Source: a virus
Reading direction: 5' to 3' (one strand)
IMG/VR virus record: IMGVR_UViG_3300002460_000010
Span: 1 to 42,488 of that record
Length of the DNA stretch: 42,488 bases
The notes under the pieces: model-generated
Told to the model about the DNA's origin: nothing
The model's database searches: none
What the model saw: only the letters and a program-made list of their open reading frames with translations
Made by a program: the position numbers and the translations under genes
Shown here: piece after piece, positions 17,115 to 26,008 of the stretch
Layout of the letters: each line of letters begins with the position of its first letter
How positions within the stretch are numbered: position 1 is the stretch's first letter

Positions 17115-18911
17115 ATGCCAAACCCACAGGAATTTAAACAATTACTCTTACAGAAATACCCTGCTGGGGTGGCTTCTGATGGGAGAAAATACTCTGATAT
17201 ACCCGACGCAGAATTAACTCAGATGGTTGTGGATAAGTTTCCGACTGGCGTAACTTCGGGGGGAGTTGCGTATAAAGATTACTTGTCTCAGCCAGGCTAT
17301 TTAGAACGAGTGACAACTGGAGTTAGAGAAGACTTAAATAGGCGAGCTGACCGAACTTCTCAAATCGTTGGTCGTGATACTAATCCTTTATTAAAAAGTT
17401 TTCAGGCTTTTGGTCAAGGTGCGGGAGCAGCGGCTAATACTCTGGAAACCTTAGTTGGTGAAATACCAGTAGTTAAAAAGATAACTGAACCTATTGGAAA
17501 AGCGATTGGTTGGGCGACAGCTCCCAGTCAGGGTGCAATCCAAAAAGTCAGCCAAGCCTATAGTCAATTAAAACCCAACGTTAAGGACACAGTTGAGGGG
17601 GCAGGTAATATTATTCGTTTAGGCACAGATATTGAAACGGTAGCTAAAGTAGCTAAGAGTATGCCGGCTGGCTTAAAGAGTGTAGAAACGTTAGGAGCTA
17701 ATGTTAAAGAAAAAGTTGGAGCGACCGTAGCTTCGGGAACAAAAAATCTGCAAACTAAATATGTTGATGACTTAGCCAATACATACAGAGAAGTCGCGGG
17801 GCAAAAGAAAACTACAACTAAAATATTAAATAAATCTTCTGCTAGAGGCTATGATGATTCTCAGTTTTTAGCTGAAAGAAATATAACTCCCGATATTGAA
17901 AAGGGACGGATAAGAACGACAGGTGCGGATCACGGAGCCAATCTTAAAAAACTAAACACTCAAGCTGAGCCACTTAATAAACATTTAAATATGGCCTTGA
18001 AAGAGTTAGATCCAGGCACACCTCCAACAGCATTATCTGAAATGAGAAGAGATGCTTTGAGCGGGGTAGATAATATGCGTAATCTTACGGAAACGGCTAG
18101 GAAGTCCCTAAAAGGACATATAAATCAAGAATTTAATTTATTAGATGTTAAATATAAATCTAGTGGTGGGAAAGTAAATCTCGAACAAAAACAAAACATA
18201 AAGCAATCTAGCTGGGCGGCTACACCTTTCGACAGTACTAAGCCTTATATGAAGGACGCTAATTATCAAATTGGAAAATCGGCCCAAAAAGCTATAGAAA
18301 AAGCAGTACCCAAAGATGTTTTTGATGTCCATGAATTAAACCGTGAGATAGGAAAATATAAATCAGCCGAACAGTTTTTGGAATCTTTAGAGGGTAGCGT
18401 GGTTAAACATGGGAAATTAGGTGGTCACTTTAATAGGGTTATTGGAGCTGTTGCGGGACATTCTGTTGGTGGACCAATAGGAGCGATCTTCGGATCAATG
18501 GGCGGAGAAACGATAACAAATATACTACAAAGTCATACATTCTCTAATCCTTTAAAACAACGAATCCTTAGAAATTTACAAGTAGCCGACCCGGTAGCTT
18601 TTAGACAAGCAGTAGAATTTATTAAAAAATCAGGACTAGAAAGAGAACTGAGATTGGCTCTTCCGGCACCCAAATATATTGAAGGACAACCATATAAGGG
18701 TGGCCCTAGTAAAATCTCAACCCAAGGACAAGCTCAACAACTATTAGAAAAATTGGGCGTAGACTTAGAATTTAAAAAACAGGGAAATATTCCATTACCA
18801 AAAGATATGTTGAACTTAAGGGGACCGTTGTTGAATTTGAGAAATTTACCTAAAAAGGCCGGAGATACTGGCAGAAAGTTAAGTATAGAAAGGTTGCTTA
18901 AAAAACCTTAA
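17115..18911 (+). CDS. putative internal virion / ejection protein
   Basis: 598-aa Lys/Gly/Ala-rich ORF starting 1 nt after the previous stop. Last large ORF before the lysis genes. Confidence 0.35.
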   Translation: MPNPQEFKQLLLQKYPAGVASDGRKYSDIPDAELTQMVVDKFPTGVTSGGVAYKDYLSQPGYLERVTTGVREDLNRRADRTSQIVGRDTNPLLKSFQAFGQGAGAAANTLETLVGEIPVVKKITEPIGKAIGWATAPSQGAIQKVSQAYSQLKPNVKDTVEGAGNIIRLGTDIETVAKVAKSMPAGLKSVETLGANVKEKVGATVASGTKNLQTKYVDDLANTYREVAGQKKTTTKILNKSSARGYDDSQFLAERNITPDIEKGRIRTTGADHGANLKKLNTQAEPLNKHLNMALKELDPGTPPTALSEMRRDALSGVDNMRNLTETARKSLKGHINQEFNLLDVKYKSSGGKVNLEQKQNIKQSSWAATPFDSTKPYMKDANYQIGKSAQKAIEKAVPKDVFDVHELNREIGKYKSAEQFLESLEGSVVKHGKLGGHFNRVIGAVAGHSVGGPIGAIFGSMGGETITNILQSHTFSNPLKQRILRNLQVADPVAFRQAVEFIKKSGLERELRLALPAPKYIEGQPYKGGPSKISTQGQAQQLLEKLGVDLEFKKQGNIPLPKDMLNLRGPLLNLRNLPKKAGDTGRKLSIERLLKKP

Positions 18912-18982
18912 GAATTTTGTCGTTTCCAGTCCAAATACCACCAAAGGAGTATGAGAGCGATTATTGTAAGCATAAAGATAAT

Positions 18983-19165
18983 TTATAAAGAGTCATCTAC
19001 AAGATAACCAATAAATTCAAAGACAAGCCATAAAAACCCAAAGAATAACCCAAACCCCCAGTGGCCGAATATAAATGAAATACCCGTTAATAAGAAGGCA
19101 ATAGCAACCATAATAATACCAGTATAATAGATAGTAGAGGAACTGTCAATAGTATATGAAGGCAC
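18983..19165 (-). CDS. possible small membrane protein (antisense to flanking operon)
   Basis: 60 aa with two hydrophobic segments (…IIMVAIAFLLTGISFIF…GLFFGFLWLVFEFIGYL). GTG start with no SD. Fills an otherwise 244-nt gap. Confidence 0.3.
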   Translation of the reverse strand: MPSYTIDSSSTIYYTGIIMVAIAFLLTGISFIFGHWGFGLFFGFLWLVFEFIGYLVDDSL

Positions 19166-19347
19166 AAGAACTAGAGAAATGGATACAAGAAGTAGATAAG
19201 AAACTGGAAAATCACTTAGTCCATGTTTCGGCGGACATAGCCCAGATTAAGAATGATATTGATTGGATTAAAAGATTCTTTTGGTTAGTAGCCGGGGTTT
19301 CGGTAACTTCTATTTTGGGAGCTTTAATTAGTTTATTATGGCGTTAA
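19156..19347 (+). CDS. small tail-anchored membrane protein of the lysis cassette (holin/antiholin/spanin-like)
   Basis: 63 aa with an amphipathic N-half and a C-terminal TM 'FFWLVAGVSVTSILGALISLLW'. Overlaps the endolysin start. Confidence 0.4.
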   Translation: MKAQELEKWIQEVDKKLENHLVHVSADIAQIKNDIDWIKRFFWLVAGVSVTSILGALISLLWR

Positions 19348-20273
19348 ATCAACAGGAGTTGTTTATTAAGTGGAACGGTAAATTCAATAATTTTGATAAT
19401 GGTTTTGGTCCCCAGTGTGTGGATATTATAAAGCAATATTTTCAGGATGTTCTCGAGCTCCCTCCTATAGCCGGTAATGCCATAGATTATTGGCGGGATA
19501 TTCCAGGTTTTACTAGAATCTCTAAGGGCTGGTTTAATACTCCAAAGCCAGGCGATCTTATTATTTGGGGACCAACTCTAAGCAATCCTTATGGTCATAT
19601 TGCTATCTGTAATTGGGTCCGTAGTTTTGACCTGGGTGTCTTTGAACAAAACAATCCTATCGGTTCTCCCTGCCACTTTGATGTCCACAGTTATAAAGGA
19701 ATAGTTGGTTGGCTCAGACCCAACCAACTCCCCGTAGAAGCTCCCAGACCCCCTAGACCTAGCACTCAGGAACGAATATACATTAAGGCAGTATATCTAA
19801 GCGATACTGACGATATTGCCGAATCTATGGCTTATTGTGACAAGAAGCTTCAGGAATTTACAGGAGGCAGACTTGGAGTGGAGTACGAGTTTAAACAGAT
19901 TACTCCGGTTAATGCTTTGGTAGGATTAGACCTGTCTCAACAGACATCTTCTGATATTGTAGACAGTCAAACTTATTATAAACCTTTTCATTGGGTTGTT
20001 CTGGGGTATCACGGATTCAGCTCTTCACCGGGGTATTTTACGGTTACAAGCTTCTTTAAGAATATCTGGTTTACTTCCGGGTATAAGCCCTTTCCTAAAG
20101 AGGTTCTTTTATTTGAACTAAAACACTTTGCCGTCCGATTCTATAACCAGTATAGAGGCACAAGTCCTTTTATTGATAACTATGATAATTACAAATCTGC
20201 TGATGGCGGATTAGCCAAGGTCGAGGAGCAGATAAAAGCATTAATTCCTTATTTAGAAGTATTTAAAATATGA
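19338..20273 (+). CDS. endolysin with N-terminal CHAP peptidase/amidase domain
   Basis: 'GPQCVDIIKQYF' (Cys), 'GDLIIWG', 'YGHIAIC' (His), 'FEQN'. A C-terminal ~170 aa is unassigned (possible wall-binding domain). Confidence 0.7.
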   Translation: MALNQQELFIKWNGKFNNFDNGFGPQCVDIIKQYFQDVLELPPIAGNAIDYWRDIPGFTRISKGWFNTPKPGDLIIWGPTLSNPYGHIAICNWVRSFDLGVFEQNNPIGSPCHFDVHSYKGIVGWLRPNQLPVEAPRPPRPSTQERIYIKAVYLSDTDDIAESMAYCDKKLQEFTGGRLGVEYEFKQITPVNALVGLDLSQQTSSDIVDSQTYYKPFHWVVLGYHGFSSSPGYFTVTSFFKNIWFTSGYKPFPKEVLLFELKHFAVRFYNQYRGTSPFIDNYDNYKSADGGLAKVEEQIKALIPYLEVFKI

Positions 20274-20482
20274 GTAAAGTATTTATAATCACAATAGCTA
20301 AGCGTTTTGGAAAAGCTTTTTTAGCTGGAGGACTTGTTTCTTTATCAGCTCAGTTAGCTAGTTCTCCACAACCTACTTTTGATAATTTAGCTAGTTTGAA
20401 AGTGTGGGGGATTGCATTGTTTTATGCCTTTTTTGTTGGCGGTATTTTAGCTATGGAAAAAGCTTCCAGGTGGACAAACTAG
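20270..20482 (+). CDS. putative holin (two TM segments, r1t-holin-like)
   Basis: 70 aa: 'AFLAGGLVSLSAQLA' and 'VWGIALFYAFFVGGILAM'. ATGA overlap with the endolysin. Confidence 0.5.
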   Translation: MSKVFIITIAKRFGKAFLAGGLVSLSAQLASSPQPTFDNLASLKVWGIALFYAFFVGGILAMEKASRWTN

Positions 20483-20520
20483 ATTGAAACTTGACTTTAT
20501 TTGTGTTACCTTTAAAGGGT

Positions 20521-20547
20521 AAACGACGTTCTTGCGGGACGTCGTTT
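20521..20547 (+). terminator. 9-bp perfect hairpin (aaacgacgt / acgtcgttt, 9-nt loop), weak terminator/attenuator candidate
   Basis: Read from sequence. It is followed only by cgttatat, so the U-tract is poor. Confidence 0.3.
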
Positions 20548-20580
20548 CGTTATATGGAGGACTATAAGTGGAGTACAATT

Positions 20581-20997
20581 ATGTTAAAACTATATACAGC
20601 TATCCTATTAGGCCTTATTTGGGCCCTGATTGTGGTTAACCAGGCCGGAGGAGAAGATATAGTGGCTTGCTATGAGAACGCTACGCCTAGCCCAAAGTCT
20701 ATGCAAATAGAAGGTAAGTCTATGCAGGCTATGGTTCTGGGGATGGTGGAGATGGCAGGATTTGACCCTATAATCGCTGATAAGGTAATACGGTGTGAGA
20801 GTGGGTGGAATCCTGAAGCTATAGGCGATTCGGGCCAGAGTTGGGGCTTATGGCAAATTCATCAACCGGCTCATAACTTAGGTTCAGCTAGTTTTGATCC
20901 CTACTTATCCACAGTTTATGCGATTGAGTTGCTTAAAAAGAGTGGCTGGTCTCCTTGGACCTGTGCTAGAAACTTAATTCAACCCGTGGATTCTTAG
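20581..20997 (+). CDS. secreted/membrane-anchored lysozyme-like (SLT-type) transglycosylase
   Basis: 'IRCESGWNPEAIGDSGQSWGLWQI' catalytic-Glu block and an N-terminal hydrophobic 'AILLGLIWALIVV'. ATG 20581 has GGAG 7 nt upstream; the track start 20491 is an upstream alternative codon. Confidence 0.65.
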   Translation: MLKLYTAILLGLIWALIVVNQAGGEDIVACYENATPSPKSMQIEGKSMQAMVLGMVEMAGFDPIIADKVIRCESGWNPEAIGDSGQSWGLWQIHQPAHNLGSASFDPYLSTVYAIELLKKSGWSPWTCARNLIQPVDS

Positions 20998-21319
20998 GGT
21001 CTTTATCCACCATCTGAATACGGGTCATAATATACCGGTCATCTGTGCATAAACCACCCTTCTCTAGGGCATCACAAAGGAGCTTGAGGTAGTTATGAGA
21101 GTCGGCATTAGAACGAGTAAGGAAGAACCTTAAGTCTAAATGGAAGAAATAGTTATACGGCTTTATTTTATTATTATTGCAGTATACCCAAACTAGCTTG
21201 GAAGCATCTAATAACCAGTCTCTAGCTTCAGTTGAGAGTATTTGAAAACCAGTAGTTCTACTGCGTATCATTCTCCTATTCGTTGACGGCGGGAGAGGGA
21301 GGATCAGAGAGTGGTTCAT
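20966..21319 (-). CDS. rusA: RusA-family Holliday junction resolvase
   Basis: 'LPLPPSTN', 'NADSHNYLKLLCDAL', 'DDRYI'. The 3' end overlaps the convergent 20581..20997 by 32 nt. Confidence 0.7.
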   Translation of the reverse strand: MNHSLILPLPPSTNRRMIRSRTTGFQILSTEARDWLLDASKLVWVYCNNNKIKPYNYFFHLDLRFFLTRSNADSHNYLKLLCDALEKGGLCTDDRYIMTRIQMVDKDPKNPRVELSF

Positions 21320-21945
21320 TTCCCTTTAATAATACCATATAATTGTATTGCCTTATGTTGATAAGTATCTGTTTCTTTATGACAACTTTTACACAGGGTT
21401 CTGCCATTAGAAACCTTAAATCTTAATTTAGGGAAATAAGCAAAGGGTAAAATATGGTCAGCTTCTAGTTTTCCACCCCTCTTTTTACACCATACGCAAG
21501 TCCAGTTATCTCTTTTAAAAACCTTTCTGCGCCATATTTTATATTTTAAGCTTTTTCTAATTAAATTATTAATAGAAGTAACTCCTCCCCTCCATGCTCT
21601 ATTATTACTTCCTAAATTCCAATATGCAGATTTTCCTACCCTTGCTTCTTTTAATTTTTTGACATAACTATCAGAAAATTTTTTATTTAACCAATATCTT
21701 ATTTTTGGCCTTAATTTATTTTTATAAAGAAACTTTTGTTTGGCACTAATTTTCTTTTTAGTTTTAGTTGTCTTTAACCTCCCTTTATTACTATCAGATA
21801 AAGCTTTTAATCTACATAAATGAGAGCAGTATTTATTAGGATTATACTTCTGAAGCTTTTTAATTTCAAATATATTATTGCACCTGTGGCAAGTTGTTTT
21901 TGTCATATTTATCTTTCTTATAAACATAGTCCCATAATTCTTCAA
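21316..21945 (-). CDS. HNH endonuclease with Cys-rich N-terminal repeats
   Basis: 'CVWCKKRGGKLEADHILP…NGRTLCKSCHKE', with N-terminal 'CHRCNN…YCSHLC'. The likely true start is ATG 21927 or 21906; the track start is TTG. Confidence 0.75.
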   Translation of the reverse strand: MKNYGTMFIRKINMTKTTCHRCNNIFEIKKLQKYNPNKYCSHLCRLKALSDSNKGRLKTTKTKKKISAKQKFLYKNKLRPKIRYWLNKKFSDSYVKKLKEARVGKSAYWNLGSNNRAWRGGVTSINNLIRKSLKYKIWRRKVFKRDNWTCVWCKKRGGKLEADHILPFAYFPKLRFKVSNGRTLCKSCHKETDTYQHKAIQLYGIIKGK

Positions 21946-23053
21946 TTATAAACTTATTTAAATCTTTTTGATATATTGAATTTTCATAAGCTTCTTTTGC
22001 GGGTCCTGCGGATTCTTTTAAAAGTTGGAGCCAAGTAGGATGATAAATCAACATAGATGAATTAGTTTTACCATGTTTTTCCATATTCCATTTATCCCAA
22101 GGCCGCTGAACGATTAATTCATTAAATGTCATTTTCCTGCGGTTCTCAATAGTAGCTCTTCTTTTTACCATTTCTATTTTTGCCTCTGCCATCATTTGGT
22201 CTAATGTATCTTTCCTTCCTTTCCTTAAATAGTTTATATATGCTCTCTCAATCCAATCATCAGCTCCTAAAGCCCAGCCACAATTAAAGATATTGTGGAT
22301 ATATGAATCGTGATGATAAACATAATTTCTACCTGAAGATAGATGATAACCGATTGCATTAGGGTCAGTAACTACAGTAGAACCATACATCCACCAAAGA
22401 CAATCGACGAATACTTCACCCCCGCCATAAGTCCTGTGAACTTCCGGATAGCCGCCAAAATCTAAGAACTGATCTCTCTGAACCATCACTCCCCAATGGC
22501 CTTGTCCGGCTACAGCAAAGGGAGTATCGGCAACTTTGTAGTTATTCCAAGTCATCTTCCATTCTTCCCCTAATTTAAAAGTATAACCATAACCCATACC
22601 CCCATGATGGGGTGGATAAGCTCCCATCCATTGTACTGAACCATGTACAATTCCTCCTGTGTCTTGACAGGTCTTAATTATAGATTTAAAAAATCCTGGC
22701 TTAAAAGCAATATGAGCATCTGAGAAGTATAAATATTCTCCTCTAGCTATCTGGGCTCCTTTGTTCCGCGCGGAATGATTACCTGCTATTGGGTCGTACA
22801 AAACTCTAACTTGCCTAGACCAAAACATTCCTCGTGGCATAAAGTAAGAGGTAGTTCCTTTCGTTCCTTTTTGAGGCCAGAAATTATTATCAGTAGAACA
22901 ATTATCAACAACTATAATTTCCCAATCTTCAGGAGAGAATCCATCTGCCTCAAGGCAATGAATAGCGGAGTAGATCGTATGAACGATGTTCGGAAATTCG
23001 TTACGGGCGGGAATGATGACGCTTAGTTTTAGTGTGGGTTTAGGTGGTAACAT
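21875..23053 (-). CDS. GT-A fold glycosyltransferase (GT2-like, DxH variant)
   Basis: 'LSVIIPARNE', 'IIVVDNCSTDN', 'YFSDAHI', 'YGGGEVFVDCLWWMYG'. Confidence 0.65.
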   Translation of the reverse strand: MLPPKPTLKLSVIIPARNEFPNIVHTIYSAIHCLEADGFSPEDWEIIVVDNCSTDNNFWPQKGTKGTTSYFMPRGMFWSRQVRVLYDPIAGNHSARNKGAQIARGEYLYFSDAHIAFKPGFFKSIIKTCQDTGGIVHGSVQWMGAYPPHHGGMGYGYTFKLGEEWKMTWNNYKVADTPFAVAGQGHWGVMVQRDQFLDFGGYPEVHRTYGGGEVFVDCLWWMYGSTVVTDPNAIGYHLSSGRNYVYHHDSYIHNIFNCGWALGADDWIERAYINYLRKGRKDTLDQMMAEAKIEMVKRRATIENRRKMTFNELIVQRPWDKWNMEKHGKTNSSMLIYHPTWLQLLKESAGPAKEAYENSIYQKDLNKFIIEELWDYVYKKDKYDKNNLPQVQ

Positions 23054-23324
23054 TTAATTTTAACCATAAGTTGGCTATTGCTGCTTCGGGAGTTGAGCCG
23101 AAGGTAAAACATAATTCCAGATCACCTTCGGCCATCCATTTATCAAGTGCATCTTGCCTGTAATTGAGAGCCTTAAATCTATTTCCACACGCTTCTATAA
23201 GTTCAGAGAGAGTCGGGAATCTCTCGTTAAAGGTAACCTTAGTTCCGTCGGGTAATTCCATAACGCCAAAAGAAATTGGTTTAAACCCCGCGTCTTTTAA
23301 TTGTTTTGCTAATTCGTAGTTCAT
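23040..23324 (-). CDS. hypothetical protein
   Basis: ATG 23324 forms an ATGA overlap with the stop of 23321..24340 (MNYELAKQLKDAGF…). The track start 23345 is less likely. Confidence 0.55.
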   Translation of the reverse strand: MNYELAKQLKDAGFKPISFGVMELPDGTKVTFNERFPTLSELIEACGNRFKALNYRQDALDKWMAEGDLELCFTFGSTPEAAIANLWLKLNVTT

Positions 23325-24340
23325 ATATTTTTTGGGAATCTGCATTTTGCTAATAAAGGTGTGTGGGTTGTATCAATTCCTGTCGGTTCACCTGCGGCTG
23401 AGAAGAACTGCACCTCTTCAAAGAAATGAGAGAGGACGGCATGGAACTCCTGGCTCGTGAACTCGCGGACGTGATAGATATTTCTGGGCTTATCCTTTTG
23501 GATCGTCTTATGATTCCTATTAGGCGTAGATATGAAATACTCTGTAGGGTTATCTTTGCTTTTAGTATCAAACTTCTTGGTTATCTGCTCCAAGAACTTA
23601 TAACAATCCGCTATATGCTCTATTATCTCTATCGCCACGACTATATCAAACTTCATCGTCTCTCTATTCTCATTTACAATATCAAAGACATCAAAACTAA
23701 CTTGACTATTGTAATAAACACCATTCTTAACCCTAGTAAATGCTTCTTTAGCGAACTGAACACTAAGCTCATTCTTATCTATGCCCCATACAAAATCAGC
23801 TTCTTGAGAAATAACATTAGAACCAACACCCGAACCACAACCCACATCTACGACTGTCGGCTTCCAAATAAACTTAGGGTATTGAGGATGCTGGGTAGCC
23901 TTCCACATACAGTGGTTCTTGATGAACTCATACATCAACCGTGTCGGCTTCCACAATAAAACACCATTGTGCATAAATAAATCTATATTAGCCTTCACCT
24001 GGTTCTTATCCGGCATCTCCGGATTTTCCTGATAATCAGGATCTGAAATAAGGGTGTTGGGAGTCGCGACCTCAGTTTTACTCTCGTTTAAAGGCATCGT
24101 AGGAGCTTGTTTTTCCTCGGTTTGGGTATTTTCTAAGGATAAGGCCGCTTTGCCGGAAGGTTCATCTATAGGCTGAGTTTGAACTATATTTTGAGGTTGC
24201 TGTCTCAATTCTTCTTCTTCTTTCTTCTTATCCTCTATCTCTTTGGCTTGTCGGTCATAACAGACATAGCAAAGAAGATTAACAAAGTCATCCGGTATAG
24301 GGCTTTCGCATACATCGCATTTTTTATTTTGTTCCGACAT
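23321..24340 (-). CDS. zinc-ribbon + class I SAM-dependent methyltransferase fusion
   Basis: N-terminal 'CDVCESPIP…CYVCYD', an E/K/Q-rich linker, then 'VVDVGCGSGVG' motif I and 'IVVAIEIIEHI'. No DPPY/SPPY motif, so probably not a DNA amino-methyltransferase. Confidence 0.65.
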   Translation of the reverse strand: MSEQNKKCDVCESPIPDDFVNLLCYVCYDRQAKEIEDKKKEEEELRQQPQNIVQTQPIDEPSGKAALSLENTQTEEKQAPTMPLNESKTEVATPNTLISDPDYQENPEMPDKNQVKANIDLFMHNGVLLWKPTRLMYEFIKNHCMWKATQHPQYPKFIWKPTVVDVGCGSGVGSNVISQEADFVWGIDKNELSVQFAKEAFTRVKNGVYYNSQVSFDVFDIVNENRETMKFDIVVAIEIIEHIADCYKFLEQITKKFDTKSKDNPTEYFISTPNRNHKTIQKDKPRNIYHVREFTSQEFHAVLSHFFEEVQFFSAAGEPTGIDTTHTPLLAKCRFPKNI

Positions 24341-24460
24341 ATTTTAATAAGTAATTAGTTAATTTATTACAAAGAAATAATAAAAACTCAACAAAAAAAC
24401 TACCTCGTTTATAAACCTGCCTACCTTCTGCTCCTTTTAACCACATTTGAAATTCTTTTA

Positions 24461-24655
24461 TCATGATAATTGATGACCGCACATTGGGCATAGCTTCTTT
24501 TCTTCCGGGTTGCATTTATGGCATAGTCGATCAGCAAAGAAGATGCCCGTGCACTCATGGGTTAATTGTTTCCAGGGTATATTCTTATGACAGATCGTGC
24601 AGTGCTTAGGCTTTGGGAGTATTTTATTTTTTGTTTTGGTTAAGAAGTTTAGCAT
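24461..24655 (-). CDS. small Cys/His-rich (zinc-finger-like) protein
   Basis: Internal ATG 24655 lies 2 nt after the upstream stop. Motifs 'HCTICHKN…HEC…CHKCNPEEKKLCPMCGH'. Confidence 0.45.
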   Translation of the reverse strand: MLNFLTKTKNKILPKPKHCTICHKNIPWKQLTHECTGIFFADRLCHKCNPEEKKLCPMCGHQLS

Positions 24656-24657
24656 TG

Positions 24658-25275
24658 TTATAGTACTAGTCTCCACTTTCCCCTCGTTACTTTCTCTATA
24701 CCGCAATGTACCCAAGCCTTCCTGCAAGAACCCCACTTTTTTTGATATATGCCCATAGAGTGAGGAAAACCATTTAGTCGCTCTGGGTAGCGATCTCTTT
24801 CTTTGATTTCCTTTTTGAGTTTGCGATTAAACTCTGGTGGATAAGGGAGATAGCTTCGTCCATCAATCCAGCGTGGATGGTCTTCTTTTTTTCTTTTACC
24901 TTCTTTAACCCATTTGTCATAGCATAACCTGGAACAAAATTTACATGGTTTTTTATTAATTTGAGCAGGAAATCGGTAGAAGTTTTTTTTACACTGAATA
25001 CAAGCTCTACTAATCTTACCTCCTTTCCATCCTGCACGGCTTTTACTACCTCTGTAATTTTCTGAAATAAATTGATAGGCACATTTTCTCGTGCAGAATT
25101 TCTTTTGATGACTTGGGAATGTCCAGTATTTTTTGCCACATATTTGACATTTTGTTTCATATTTTCTTTTAAGTGTCGTCCAATAACATTCTACTGAACA
25201 AAATTTAGACCTTTTCTTTCTCGGTTTTTTGCACCCCACGCATAGAAATGAGTTTGTTGTTATATTCATCAGCAA
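24658..25275 (-). CDS. Cys-rich paralog of the HNH-endonuclease N-terminal region, no recognisable HNH core (possibly decayed)
   Basis: Three 'C-x2-C … (F)C(S/T)xxC' repeats as in 21316..21945, and 'RWIDGRSYLPYPPEFNRKLKKEIKERDRY'. No CxxC…HH…N…H nuclease motif follows in any of the three frames I translated. Confidence 0.45.
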   Translation of the reverse strand: MLMNITTNSFLCVGCKKPRKKRSKFCSVECYWTTLKRKYETKCQICGKKYWTFPSHQKKFCTRKCAYQFISENYRGSKSRAGWKGGKISRACIQCKKNFYRFPAQINKKPCKFCSRLCYDKWVKEGKRKKEDHPRWIDGRSYLPYPPEFNRKLKKEIKERDRYPERLNGFPHSMGIYQKKWGSCRKAWVHCGIEKVTRGKWRLVL

Positions 25276-26008
25276 TATCTAATAAGCTCATTTTAGCAAC
25301 TTTTTTGAGGGCTTGCAAGTCTTTCGGCAAACACTTGGACTCCTTAATTGTTCCATACCCTCTATAGCCTTTATGAAAGATGACGGAATGTGAATCTCCA
25401 ATCCATCTATTCTGGACGAGGACTTCACGAATAGTCTCATAATCCGCTCCCACCTCTTTACTAGCATCGTATAGTTGGTTGAACCAGGTGACCTTAAGAG
25501 CGTAATACGAGTTTTGAGCATGTTTAAGTAGCTCAGCATCAAGCGGTGATACGACTCTTTTGACAGGGGCTTCGGGTAAGATTTTGAAGATTTCATGTAC
25601 TAGTGATAACGACTGCTGAGGACAACCAAGTATCTGGAATTGAGGCTTGGTAAAGTCTTCCCAGGCAGTCATTTCGGTTAAAAATTCACAATTATAAACA
25701 AATCTTAAATGGGGATATTTTTCTTGGAACCAATCTAGCGTGCCGGGGATAAATGTGCTCTTGATAATAACGATGCTACCTTTCTCCATCGTGGCGAAGT
25801 AGTTATTAAGAGCTGACTTACTGTCTTCACTTGCACAATTATCCTGGAAGTTAGCGCAAACAAAGAATACTTCGGCTTTTCTGACTTCTTCCCAGGAATC
25901 GCAGGGACCTCGGACATCATAGCCTTTAGCATCGGGATAGTATCTCTTAAGTATCTGGCCTATAAAACCATTACTTCCTATTATCCCGATTGTTTTTTTT
26001 GTGTCCAT
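25205..26008 (-). CDS. truncated UDP-glucose/GDP-mannose 6-dehydrogenase-family protein
   Basis: 'IGIIGSNGFIG' NAD loop, 'NCEFLTE' (cf. NPEFLREG), 'AELLKHAQNSYYALKVTWFNQ', 'KCLPKD' catalytic-Cys block. At 267 aa the C-terminal nucleotide-sugar-binding domain is absent. Confidence 0.6.
   Translation of the reverse strand: MDTKKTIGIIGSNGFIGQILKRYYPDAKGYDVRGPCDSWEEVRKAEVFFVCANFQDNCASEDSKSALNNYFATMEKGSIVIIKSTFIPGTLDWFQEKYPHLRFVYNCEFLTEMTAWEDFTKPQFQILGCPQQSLSLVHEIFKILPEAPVKRVVSPLDAELLKHAQNSYYALKVTWFNQLYDASKEVGADYETIREVLVQNRWIGDSHSVIFHKGYRGYGTIKESKCLPKDLQALKKVAKMSLLDIADEYNNKLISMRGVQKTEKEKV

Noticed and set aside
23426-23959. Antisense or overlapping track ORFs inside well-supported genes, e.g. 23426..23959 (+), 26388..26753 (+), 24774..25160 (-), 25288..25596 (-), 12213..12605 (-), 39225..39467 (-), 41434..42113 (-).
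   Set aside because: They lie within genes that have clear motifs, lack an RBS, and show odd composition. They are treated as shadow ORFs.
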